The notes under the pieces are model-generated. The model did not search any database. It was not told the origin of the DNA and worked only from the letters and a program-made list of their open reading frames with translations. This document shows positions 51,605 through 63,570 of a stretch of 64,000 nucleotides of DNA, piece by piece. The translations under genes were made by a program, and so were the position numbers. Source of the DNA: Amoebidium appalachense (lineage: Eukaryota; Protista; Ichthyosporea); NCBI GenBank assembly GCA_963693365.1, contig CAVNZM010000007.1, forward strand, positions 5,329,962-5,393,961, read 5' to 3'. The first letter of the stretch is position 1. Each line of letters opens with the position of its first letter.

Positions 51605-52908
51605 TGGGGGGGGGGGGGGGGGGGGGTAAGTTGGTACTACAGAACCAACGGCGAAGATACATGGCCGAAAAGGATACGTGCATTGACTTGTGACCGGGAT
51701 CTTTTTTTCTTTTTCGTTTTAGTTTTCGTTTTCTTTCCTATATTTTTTTCCCGGGGTTGGGGGAGGGGCTGTTTCCCCCCCCCCCCCCCCCCCCCCCCTC
51801 ATTTACACACAGAAATTCACATCCACCCACCCACACATTGCACAAACACACAATCGACCAACACACAACCACAACACACACACACACGCACACGCACACG
51901 CACACGCACACGCACACGCACACACACACACACACATACACACACAAACACCCACACCCACCCACACACACAGAGACACCAAAACGGAGGTAGGAAGGGA
52001 AAAAACAAACAAAACAAAAAAAACACACACACACACAAAAAAAGAGAGAGAGAAAGGGGAAAACAACAGAAAGAAAAACACTTCAACATACCGGTATCCC
52101 AAGGAATGTTGATGGTGTAGCCTGTCCCCTCCCCTGCCCCGACCTCCAACAACCCCCCAGAGTGCGGGTATTGGCTGCCGCCGTCATACCGATGCATCGA
52201 GATATACAGAACTGATAATCGGATATCCGTAGTTAGATATACAACACTTGAACAACAAGAGACACGATGTATACAAAATGATAGTCGAATTTTCGTGGTA
52301 AGATGTATGTATAACACAGCGCCATTTGCATAATAAGAGAACGGGAATATACCGAATCAAACACCCATCTTTAAACATAGACATCATGCAACTAACTTGC
52401 AGACCCCAAATGAACAGAGCTGCCTTAAACCAACCACCGCATCTCCCATTTTAGACAAAATCGAGGCTGATCCGATCGAGGATCCCAAATTGCCCTGGCG
52501 CCGCCTAAGAAATTATTGAACTTATCAAGCAATTGAGGGAGTGACGTCACTGTGGAAAAAGTGTGCCCAGAATGACGTCACTCCCTCTATCGCTTGTCAA
52601 GTTCGATAATTTCTAAGGCGGCGCCAGGGAGATTTGGAATCCTCGATCGGATCAACCTGGATTCTTTCTAAAATGAGAGATGCGGTGGTTGGTTTAAGTT
52701 GTGATGTGATATCATGATACGTAGACACACTTAACGGCACGAAGGAGCATACCAGAATGTGTGTTTATAAACAGGGGCCCCATAGCATCAGTGTTTGCCA
52801 ACTTCACCTTTCACCATTTAATGTCTTGTTGCTAAGTCTTGTGCTAACAAACAAATTGTTCTTTCAACCTGGCACGTGAAGTCCCTCCCCCCCCCCCCCC
52901 CCCCTCCT

Positions 52909-52994
<86 letters not shown>

Positions 52995-54676
52995 CCCCCC
53001 CCCCCCCCCCCCCTCACACACGGCGCGCGCGCACACACGTATGCTTGCATACACACACACACACACACCGTGCGTGGGCGTGAGCGCACAAATGGGCACA
53101 CGCACACACACGCGCACGCACACACATGCACGCACACACACGCACACGCACACACACCCACACAAATGCACGCACACGCACACGCACACACAAACACACA
53201 CACACGCACACGCACGCACACACACAAACACACGCACACACACCTGATGTGTCTTCGTAGAATATCGACTGTGTGCCCTTGCCGTGGCATGCATCCTGCA
53301 TAGCAGTTGGCTTAGTAAATTGTTCATTCATACTCATTCTCCCAATCCCTTGTAGCAAAAAGCACAAACCCACCCTCGCTGTCTTGTCCATCCCTTACAC
53401 CCCCCCCCCCCCCCCCCCCCCCCCCCCTCTCTTCCCCCTCCCAACACAAAAATGAAAAATAGGAAAAAGTCCCACACAAAAGCAGAGGTGCGCCCGCACA
53501 CACATGCAAGCACACACAGTGACACACGGCACGCCTAGGCTAAAACCTACACGTTCAGCACCCACCCACACCTTTCTGCACCCCCTCCCCTATGCACCAG
53601 ACTCGGACATCCGGGGAGAAGGGTGTGCACGTGTAATTTTCAAAGTGAGTGGGCATGTGTGAGTGCCCGATTTTGCAAACATGCATGTGCATGCCCATGT
53701 TTTTAAATTAGGAGGCTGGGGAGAGGGGGAGGCTGGGGAGAGCGGGGAGGGGGGGGGGGGGGGGGGGGGTTTGGAAGGGAATGTGGTCCGCAGCATGAAC
53801 GCACAGATCCACAATAGTATAGCTTCATGCGGTTAAGGATATGGAGAAGAAAACACACACACAGTAATGTATCTGACATGGGAAGGAGAGGGCTTTTTTC
53901 TTTTCTTCCTTCTTCTCTTCCTTCCTGCTTCTTCTTTCTTTTCTGTTTTTCTTTTTTTTTTTCCTGCTTTGGGAACAGGGGGTGTGCGCAAGGGGAGGGG
54001 GGGAGGGGGGGAAGGGGAGGGGGGGGGGGGGGGAGAGAGAGAGAGAGGGGAGGGGGGAGGGAGGGAGGGAGGGAGAGGGGGGGGGGGGGGGGGGGGGATC
54101 ACAAACCCAGTCTATGATGGCTATCCTGTCCACCTTGTGTTGGTCCCGTAGCACCCGGGCAGCTATTGCAACATTGTTGAGGTAGCATCCACCCCTAATA
54201 AGGTTATTTTGTGCAGTGTCAGATTGGTGGGCCGTCATGCAATGTTCCCTAAATAGGCAATTCTGCTTGGTGTCGGATTGGTCGGCTGTCGTGCGCACAT
54301 GCGTTAACACGGAGAGACGGTGCATAACTGGAAGTAAATAGATAATAATGTGTGACACAAGATAGAAGTGTTACGGTGCATGTCGAGTTTCTTTGATGAT
54401 TGATTGGTCCCTTATCATGGCTGGCAGGCTCATGAAGTTGCAACACAGGCTGCCACAGAGCTGCTATTGATTGGCCTATTGTCACGGCTTGCATGTGAAT
54501 AAAAAGCCTCGATTGGTCTAATGTCATGGACTGTGTGCACATCAAGGAACCTGATTGGTCAAGCATCACGGCATGCACGTGCATGGAGGTGCTTAGTTGA
54601 TCTACAACAAGGGGTGGTGTGCAAAGCATACTCTCTTCCACAGGGGAGGAGGGGAGAAGGGGAGAGGTATGTGTGT

Positions 54677-54707
<31 letters not shown>

Positions 54708-54794
54708 GGGAAGAGGGAGATAGAGAGAGATATTTAGAGAGATACTTGAAGAGAGGGAGAGACAGATAGGGAGAGGGGGAGAGAGAGGGAGAGA

Positions 54795-54869
<75 letters not shown>

Positions 54870-55345
54870 GAGAGACAGACATACAGACAGAGAGAGTGAC
54901 CGTTCGGAAGACAGACATGGAAGAAGACATCGTTAGACCTACAGAAAGACAAACACACACACAGACATTCACAAAGACAGGCAGAGAGAGGCAGGCAGAG
55001 ACAGACAGAGGGACAAAACGTACCCCGGGCCATCCCTACTAGCCTGCATGCCCGGTGGCCTGACCAGAGCCAGTGCATTTCTCAGCTCCCCGCTGGCCAC
55101 GGCACATGCGGCATCCACGGCACAGCCACACGCCATAATGCTGGCGGTCATGCTAGAGGCACCCCCCCAGTACGTGTCTGCACTAAGTCCTTGGCCTCCA
55201 CACTGGTGTACACGTGTATGTGGAGGGGGTAAGTGGAAGGGGTAAGGATGCGTAGGTAAGAGCATGGGTGAGTGAGTGAGTGAGTGTGTGTGTACGTGTG
55301 TGTGTGTGTGTGGTGGTGGGTGGGTGGGGGAGGGAGGGAAGGGTT

Positions 55346-55379
<34 letters not shown>

Positions 55380-55479
55380 GGGGTGGGGTTGGGGTTGGGT
55401 GGGGTGGGGTGGGGAGGGAGGCGAGGGGGAGTATGTGGGTAGGTAGGGTGGTAGGGTGGTAGGGTGTCTGGGTGGTCTG

Positions 55480-55563
<84 letters not shown>

Positions 55564-55797
55564 GGTGTGTGTGTATGTGGTTGTGTGTGTGCGTAAGTGG
55601 GAAAGCAATTGTGGTATAATGTTACTTTAACTCTTCATTAGTTGTATGTATTATGTTGTGTGTGTTGTGTCTTTTGCGTGTGTCCCAATGTGTTTTATGT
55701 ATGTGTATGTGTGCACGCACACACGTCCATAAGTCCACATGCGTACGCGCGCTTGCCCCTGTGTGCGCTTATGGAAGTATGTATATACATATATACG

Positions 55798-55882
<85 letters not shown>

Positions 55883-56673
55883 TGCGTGTCCGTGTGGGTG
55901 CGCGCGCGCACGTGTGCCACCATTAAAAGGGAAACAGGCCAGGGTGAACAATCGGTAACCTGAATAGTTCGGTGGTGCCATGAGTTGTAACGAGCCATGA
56001 AATAAGAAGTTAGCATCAAGAGACAAGATCTAAGGGACACACTGAACACGTGAAGGTGTGTGCACAAGCACGTTCACCTGATTGCAGAGATGATACCACT
56101 GATGTGTTGTTGCAACGAAGCATGGCTGGGTAGGGAGGTGCCGGAGGGCCGGGGGGGGGGGGGGGGGGGGGGGGGTGTGTGTGTGGGGGGGGGGGGCGGG
56201 GCAGGGGGGGGAGAGGGAAGGGGGAGGGGGCCCCCCGGGGGTTTGAATGCGTCAAAAAGTACGAAGTACACAAGAACAAACGGATAACACGATGCAGAAT
56301 GGGGGGAGGGGGGAAGGGGGTGTTACCGGTAGGGGTACGAGAGGTGTATCGGATGGAAAAGGCCCCCAAGCCAAGGTCTCCAGTGAGTGCAGGTACTGGT
56401 CACTGTGCACCAATCGTATCTGTGTACCACACACCAAATTTGGTTAATTCACAAGCCACCACAAGTAACTATCCATTTCTTTCCGTCTCTTCTTTTCTTT
56501 TCTTTTTCCCCTCAGTTTCCTTCATCTAGTTCTGACCTTTATTCTTTCACTCACTTCATTCGCTCCTTTCTTTCGTTTTTCATTCATTAGTCCCTTCCAT
56601 ACTCTCTTTCTTTCTTTTACCCCCCCCCCCCCCCCCCCCCCCTTTCTCCCTTCCCCCGCAAAAAGGAGGAACT

Positions 56674-56723
<50 letters not shown>

Positions 56724-57311
56724 GAGGGGGGAGGCTAAAATGTGGAACACAAGAAGAAGTGCAAGTACACGATGAGAAACACCGTGCAGGACGCAAGCAA
56801 GTATGCAACATGAGCAACGCACACAGTATGCAAAAAAAGCAGAGCCCCATCCTCAGGGGAAGGCCCAATTCATCAACTGCATCTGAGTTTCGACCCCTTA
56901 GCCTCGTTTACCCCGGGGGAGGAGGGGGGGGGACGGGGGGAGGGGGGGGGGTTTTGAATGCGTCAAAAAGTACGAAGTACACAAGAACAAACGGATAACA
57001 CGATGCAGAATGCAAGCCATACATAAAGAGTATGCATAATAAGCAGAGCCCATCCTCAGGGGGGCCCACGTCATCCACAGTACCCGAGTTTGGGGGGGGG
57101 AGGGGGGGAGGGGACGGGGGGTTGGGGGGGATACATACCTGGTCTCTAGTAGCAGCACGGGGCCTCATGGTTCTACATCGGGCCAGCAGGCCCGAATCGT
57201 GCAAATGGGCCAACATGGTGTGCAGACGGGCCGGGTAGTCACTGTGCGCACTGTCGTTGCTGCACGTGCACCGGTGCTGAAGAACACTCTCGTCGTAGTA
57301 GATGCCCGTGG

Positions 57312-57380
<69 letters not shown>

Positions 57381-58532
57381 GGCGGGGGGGGGGGGGGGGG
57401 GGGGGGGGTTTGAATGCGGAACACGGTACAAAGTACGCATACACGACGAGAAGCATGGTGCAGGACACATGCAAAGGCAAACATTCAAGTATGCAACATC
57501 AGCCATGTGCACAGTATGCGTCATAAGCAGAGCCCATCCTCAGGGAGGACCCAAGTCATCAATTGCGTCTGAGTTTCGACCCCTTAGCCCGCGTATATAC
57601 GACACTCCAACTCAGACAGCAGCATCAACTGAGCTTGGGCGGGTCAACCCGTCTTGATCAAAGACGAGCAGGGTTGCTTATGCAAGCAAGGTGAGCAAAA
57701 CGGTGAAGATGTGTGTGCAAACTAATGCAGTGCAGCGAAAAATGTGTATGTGCTTACAGATGCACGACACAGAGCAACCATGCCCGGTTGCATGGAGTAA
57801 AGGGGGGGGGGGGGGGGGGGGGGAGGGTATTCTTTTCAGTATTACGGGTATGCGTCACTTTTCTTGTTGTGTTTCACATTTTCCGGGTGTTTTGTAAACA
57901 TTGCCGGTATGTTTCACTAGTACTGATGATGATGACCATAGTTGTAGCAACACTATCAAAGTTTTCCTGACAGTTGCGCGCTGAGAGAAGTAACGCCCCT
58001 GGGGCCGGCGCAGGGACGGGAAGGGGCGGGAAGGGGGGGGGGGGGGGGGGGAGGGTGGGTGGGAAGGGGGTATTTTACATCTGCAGAGACGGAGGGAGGA
58101 GTCTGCAATGTCGAGTGAGGGGAGTGCTGTGGGTGGACGATTGGTTTGGGGTCTGGGGAGTTGATGTCGTTGGGGGGAGTGGTGGGGTTGCTGCTGGCCG
58201 GGCTGGGAGTGGACCGTACGGACGCACGCTCGGCTGCGAAAAAGAAGAAAGAAAGGAGGAAAAAACAAGGGGGGGGGGGGGGGGGAGCGGGTTAGATGCA
58301 CATTCATAACAAACAACACAATGCAAAGGATGCATAATAAGAAAAGACCATCCGCAGAAAGGGGGGGCCAAGTCAAGAGAGGGATAGGGGGGAGGGAAGA
58401 GGAAGCTAATAAATATAGACTATAAAGCACACATTCACGAACTACAACATAGGAGTTGTTTTCTTTTCTGTTTTCTCCTTTCTCTTTTTTCTTTTCTTTA
58501 TTCTTCTTCTTCTTCTTTTTTTTTTTTTTTTT

Positions 58533-58575
<43 letters not shown>

Positions 58576-59293
58576 AATATCTGTTGATTGATGGGAGTAT
58601 GTTTGTGGGTCCTGACATCCGATTGGGAAACGGGGGGGGAGGGGGGGGGGGAGGGGTCTCTGTACAGATGGGTATGCAAACATCCTTTCCTCTTCCCCTC
58701 CTCCCCCCCCCCTTCTCCCTGTCCTTCCACCCTTCTCTCCCATGTCCTATTCTCCGCTCACTCTCCCCCCTCTAAACCATATGCCCCTTCATCTATCACT
58801 CTTTGTTCACTGACATAACTTCACGTGTGTGTCCAGGAAGAGATGTGGGGAGGGGAGGGAGGGGGGGGGCACACGACTTGTATGCATTATTGGTGGTGGT
58901 GGTGGTGGTGGTGGTGGTGAGTGTGTGTGCGTGTGTGTGCGTGCGTGTGCGCGCGTCCGTGCGTGTGTGTATGCGTGTGTGTGGAGGGGAGGGGGGGGGC
59001 TTTTTGCTCACCCGCTACTTGATTTGGATGGACTGCCTCTGGAGCGGAGGGGTGAAACGACATTGCCATATAGTGCGTGGGGGGTTGGGGTGCCTGACGT
59101 AGGGGGGACTCATTGGTAGCCGCATAAGAACCCCCCGGGGGGTAGAACGGCAATATGCGATGTTGCTGCTGTGTTGGGTATGGATCGGGCGGGCTTAGGT
59201 GTTTCTTGACCAACCCACGCATCTGCACATGTTGGGATGGGTGAGGTCACATAGACAATGGGAAATGGGGCATAAACAGAAGTAGCTACAATA

Positions 59294-59324
<31 letters not shown>

Positions 59325-59915
59325 CCCCCCTGCGCACACACCACCACCACCACCAACAACAACACCATCTCCCTTCCAATCCTACTCGTCGCAATAACCA
59401 TACAGACAGACGTGTACACGTACACACCCACAACCAACCATCCGTCCACCCCCACCCAAGCACAAATAAGCCCAAGCACACATGCCACACACACACACAA
59501 ACACTTACACACACGCATACAACCTGCATACAACCCCCCCTCCCCCCCCCCCCCCCCCGGGGCCTACACACACACCCACACACACACATTCACCCACCTG
59601 CCCACATCCACCCACCCACCCACTTACACAACGCAAACACAACCCCCCCCCCCACACACACACACACACGCAACCACATCGACACACCAACCCCCCCCCC
59701 CCCCCCCCCTACACACACACACACACACACACACACACGTACATGTGAAGGCTGTGAATGGGACCACGTAGCAGGGCGGTGAAGTGGTGGAGGCTGTTGT
59801 GCATTGCGGAAGCTGGAAGAAGCATCTGCAGGTCTATGGTGACTGGTCTTACGGTCCACAACATATTTGCGGATGCGGTGACGTAGGTTGTCCTGACTCG
59901 TTACAGCTTGAACAC
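49406..59915 (-). CDS. Class IIa histone deacetylase homologue (HDAC4/5/7/9-like), catalytically degenerate; start codon not resolved
   Basis: Exons in transcript order: 59915-59743, 59222-59012, 58233-58079, 57312-57139, 56419-56327, 56125-56078, 55202-55024, 54194-54107, 53295-53244, 52211-52092, 51441-51289, 50569-50370, 49850-49406. Phases are consistent. Motifs: [123 protein letters not shown]. Two assembly anomalies: no AG at the 57313 acceptor, and one extra base in the G7 run at 49825-49831. Confidence 0.9.
50976..51125. repeat. Intronic minisatellite, 5 x 30 bp (gatgaatacagtcacccacttaagaataac)
   Basis: Five near-identical head-to-tail units with no spacers, so not a CRISPR array. 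Confidence 0.95.
52425..52697. mobile_element. Palindromic MITE (~265 bp) bounded by TTAA, in an HDAC intron
   Basis: Terminal arms ttaaaccaaccaccgcatctc / gagatgcggtggttggtttaa. Internal arms tgatccgatcgagga / tcctcgatcggatca, ccctggcgccgcct / aggcggcgccaggg and gagggagtgacgtca / tgacgtcactccctc. Confidence 0.85.
54222..54571. repeat. Intronic array of six GATTGG-N6-RTCRYG motifs (CCAAT-containing)
   Basis: Motif starts at 54222, 54276, 54402, 54469, 54511 and 54553; the last three are 42 bp apart. Confidence 0.6.
56242..57091 (-). mobile_element. Three truncated element copies in HDAC introns: 56242-56300 (B), ~56736-56910 (diverged A-like), 56952-57091 (B)
   Basis: The B copies match the start of 26710-27338 almost exactly. 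All start after a G-run and stop at or next to a G-run. The HDAC exon 56327-56419 lies between them. Confidence 0.8.
57409..57801 (-). mobile_element. Full-length subfamily-A element embedded in a G-run
   Basis: Nearly identical to 61250-61644; G-runs directly on both sides. Confidence 0.9.
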
Positions 59916-60508
59916 CTGGAAAATAGGAAAGGGGTTAAGAACGGGAAAAACGGAACATGGGTTGAACCTTACAACGGGAGGATAGGGTCTAGGCCCTGAA
60001 AAAGAGCCACATGGGATCTCAGACCTGAAAAAGGGGGTATAACAGTATAGTATAACAGGCTTAAATTTATGTTGGCGCTTCGCAGCGTCACATAAAATGT
60101 GCTGTCCGTGTGAGGTAAGTTGGAATTAGTTAGTGGGTTTGCCTTGATATGGTGCGATCTCCTAAAATAGGATGAAGGAATTTAAGTCAACATAAAAAGG
60201 AATCCTGGAGAAACAGGTATGCAAGTCGGTGGTATGTATTATACCCAAAAGGTCAAATTAGGTTTGGTTAGTGCTTTACTGAATACCAAGTTTGAAATTG
60301 TCACAGCATTTGATCAACCTAGATGCGCCAAGATGGATTTACATCAAGCCAAATAATCAATCGGTCCATGTCGACAATTTTATGTCTGAGAAAAAAGAAA
60401 GGCAAAAGCTAGAGAAGCTACTTAGTATGGAAGTGCATTGCTGGGCTGATGCTAAATGAACCCGGAAGGGGGCACATATGTACTAGTGAGGGTGGCCATA
60501 TCGATATC

Positions 60509-60810
60509 TGATTGGCAGCTGCTGTGGTGTGTCTGGTGCGACCTGAGCCAATCAAAAATCGCCCGGCTCGCCCGCCGCTGTGGTGTGGGCTCCCGCATCC
60601 AACTATGTGCGTGGGAGCCACCCACATGCGGCCACTCAACACAACACCGTCTACACTGCTTGCACCGTCTTTCCGCACCAATCGGTAGGTCTTTGAGATG
60701 TGATTGATTGGCGACTTGGACTCTAACAGCCATTTTCTGAGCGAAGCAAACGATTCCTATATAGATTATCTATTACCGGCCAGTCATATCACTGCAAAAA
60801 GCTGATTGGT
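60509..60810. promoter_or_regulatory. CCAAT-box cluster, candidate promoter upstream of HDAC exon 59915
   Basis: At least five CCAAT/ATTGG motifs (ctgattggc, agccaatca, accaatcgg, tgattggc, ctgattggt) in a repeat-free stretch resembling the regions upstream of other genes in the window. Confidence 0.45.
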
Positions 60811-61249
60811 GCAGAAAGACGGTGCAAGCACTGTACGCACTCCACACAACATAGTTTATGTCAATAATTTGCGCAAATAAACCTAGACGGTAATTCTGAC
60901 GGCCAAATGTCCATGCGACACAGACTGTTGGGTACATAGCCCTTAGGAACTTAAAATTGCAAGTGCTTGAAGTGGATGGCAAGCGTTGAAAAAGTGCCAG
61001 AAGCAATTGATATGGTTTTTAGTGATTGGCATATACTCGCGTGATTAAATCTCGTAAATACACAATAGATAAAACATGTCTTTGCTAGCAGATATATCAT
61101 GGTATTGCAAAATAGTAAGTTGCTGGTGACATGAACCACTCTCATTCGTGTCTTGCCCGATCATTTGCGATTGAACTCCCTTCCTTTCAAAACGAAGTTA
61201 TGTATTTTTTTTTTTTATTTTTTTTTTTTTTTTTTTGGGGGGGGGGGGG

Positions 61250-61968
61250 TTTTGAATGCGGAACACGGTACAAAGTACGCATACACGACGAGAAGCATGG
61301 TGCAGGACACATGCAAAGGCAAACATTCAAGTATGCAACATCAGCCATGTGCACAGTATGCGTCATAAGCAGAGCCCATCCTCAGGGAGGACCCAAGTCA
61401 TCAATTGCGTCTGAGTTTCGACCCCTTAGCCCGCGTATATACGACACTCCAACTCAGACAGCAGCATCAACTGAGCTTGGGCGGGTCAACCCGTCTTGAT
61501 CAAAGACGAGCAGGGTTGCTTATGCAAGCAAGGTGAGCAAAACGGTGAAGATGTGTGTGCAAACTAATGCAGTGCAGCGAAAAATGTGTATGTGCTTACA
61601 GATGCACGACACAGAGCAACCATGCCCGGTTGCATGGAAGTAAAGCGGTCTCCACACAGTGGTCTGTCCTGAAAGGACACCTCTGAAAGAAGACTGGGGG
61701 GGTTTTGAATGCGGAACACGGTACAAAGTACGCATACACGACGAGAAGCATGGTGCAGGACACATGCAAAGGCAAACATTCAAGTATGCAACATCAGCCA
61801 TGTGCACAGTATGCGTCATAAGCAGAGCCCATCCTCAGGGAGGACCCAAGTCATCAATTGCGTCTGAGTTTCGACCCCTTAGCCCGCGTATATACGACAC
61901 TCCAACTCAGACAGCAGCATCAACTGAGCTTGGGCGGGTCAACCCGTCTTGATCAAAGACGAGCAGGG
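61250..61968 (-). mobile_element. Tandem pair of subfamily-A elements: full-length 61250-61644 and truncated 61703-61968
   Basis: Both begin G-run|ttttgaatgcgg. The second stops at gacgagcaggg and merges into a G-run. Confidence 0.9.
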
Positions 61969-62441
61969 GGGGGGGGGGGGGGGGGGGGTGATGGAACCGC
62001 GTGGGCCCCACGTGTGTGGCTCGAACACCCAACAAATTATTCCCCTCCGTTCTGGAAAATCATCAAGCCGCTTCTCATTTATTCACAACATACAACGCGT
62101 GATGATATTGTTAGCTCTGGCTCGAATCTGCCTTGGGAGAGTTTGCAATCCCCAGGCCTCCAGGCAATAAGAAATGAGGAGTACCCACCATGTGCGATCT
62201 TGTATATCCAAAAACTTCCAACGCGTGATAATATACTGCTTTGGCTCATATATGCCCGGGGGAGGTCAGAAATCCCCCACCCCCAGAGCTCCAGCACTAA
62301 CGTTTTAACCTGGGGAGAAAATGAATACCTACTATCCAATTGCGGGGGCGATTATTTGTACAAGAACGGCAGCGTTCCTTTTAGAAAAGCACACACGCTC
62401 ATGCTACATGCACACACAGACACCCACGCACGCACGCATGT

Positions 62442-62488
<47 letters not shown>

Positions 62489-62745
62489 AAGACTATGCCC
62501 ATCCCCTCACTTGTACCTGCGTAATTCACAAACACTGTAACGAAGAATACACAAACACAACCCGCCCATCCACCCTCCCAAGGAGGCATGCAATTTGGAC
62601 AAGCACATGCCTGTGCCCTTTCGTCACACCTTCCCACAGATGCACCTCACAAAACTGCGCGATCCACGAAATGACGATATTTTCAGTTCTCCGAGAAATC
62701 TAAAAAAGAAAAGAAAAAAAAGAAGGAAAAGGAAAGGAAAGTCAC

Positions 62746-63570
62746 CTGGAGGACTGGTTCCAGTGGCAGGCAAGCTCTGTGCGGAGGGCGTCTGAAAGTT
62801 GGTCGGTTGCACCGATTTGTCATCTGAATAAAGATTCACGTCATGTTAGCACCAGGATTAAAACCAACACTCCTGTTCGACCGTAAAGCATCTTCAAGGT
62901 CTTTCTCAAGACAGCAACACCGCCCAGGAGCAAGCAAAAACAACGAGCGAATAAACGGCATATATTTGAGATCAGATCTCTTAGTCAGCAACCCACCAAC
63001 CGCATCAACAAATGTAAACACCAAGTTTCTACCCTCAACCAAACACAGAACATTAGAACATCAAGCAACGTTTGCTAGGAAACACATACCTGGACCATCA
63101 AGAGAGGGCAAGGAGCTGATGACGTGCTGTCCCTGTTCAGTGAAGTAGTTGACAAATTCGGTGATGTTTCCAATGGCAAGGTCGTCCACAGCAGTGGTGC
63201 TGCAGCAAATGGGGTTAGAATGCGGAAGATAACTAAAAACAACCGAGGTTCCTTAACTCGTCAAGCTAACACAACGAGAAAGTAGGTTCTCCATAACACA
63301 ATCTTTAAAATCTAGATCAGGCGATGATTACGTGCACCAGGTGTGGTACATATCTATGCTGCTCGTGCGAAAAGAGGCAGTCGTCGTTTACAAAGACCCC
63401 AGCCCCTTGAAACCTTACCTGCCAAAAATAAGAGAGGATCTCTGTGTCTCCTTTGTGCCCTCCGGGCCGTTGTAGCTCTTCCATCTTCTAAGGTCCTTGC
63501 GATGGGGTGTCTTAGGAGGCACAAGCGAAGGGGCAGAAGGGGCGTTCTGATCCACGTCCATGGACGCCAT
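62746..63570 (-). CDS. Three spliced coding exons of an unknown low-complexity protein; possibly the 5' exons of the class IIa HDAC
   Basis: Exons 63570-63419, 63199-63090 and 62823-62746 have good splice sites (gtaagg, gtatgt, gtgact; ctaac branch point) and matching phases. Translation: MASMDVDQNAPSAPSLVPPKTPHRKDLRRWKSYNGPEG...LPATGTSPP. It ends in phase 1, which fits HDAC exon 59915. Splicing instead to the acceptor at 62700 ends the protein at DFSEN-stop. Confidence 0.55.

Noticed and set aside
61364-61524. Hammerhead ribozyme in the element (CUGAGGA and GAAAC on the minus strand, GUC triplet in subfamily A)
   Set aside because: Only 4 nt separate the GUC from CUGAGGA so stem I cannot form, stem II does not pair, and subfamily B lacks the GUC. 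Kept only as an unexplained structured RNA.
61858-62703. 281-aa ORF next to the element as its reverse transcriptase or transposase
   Set aside because: It is a chance read-through of element, G-run and CA repeat, with no RT, endonuclease or DDE motifs.
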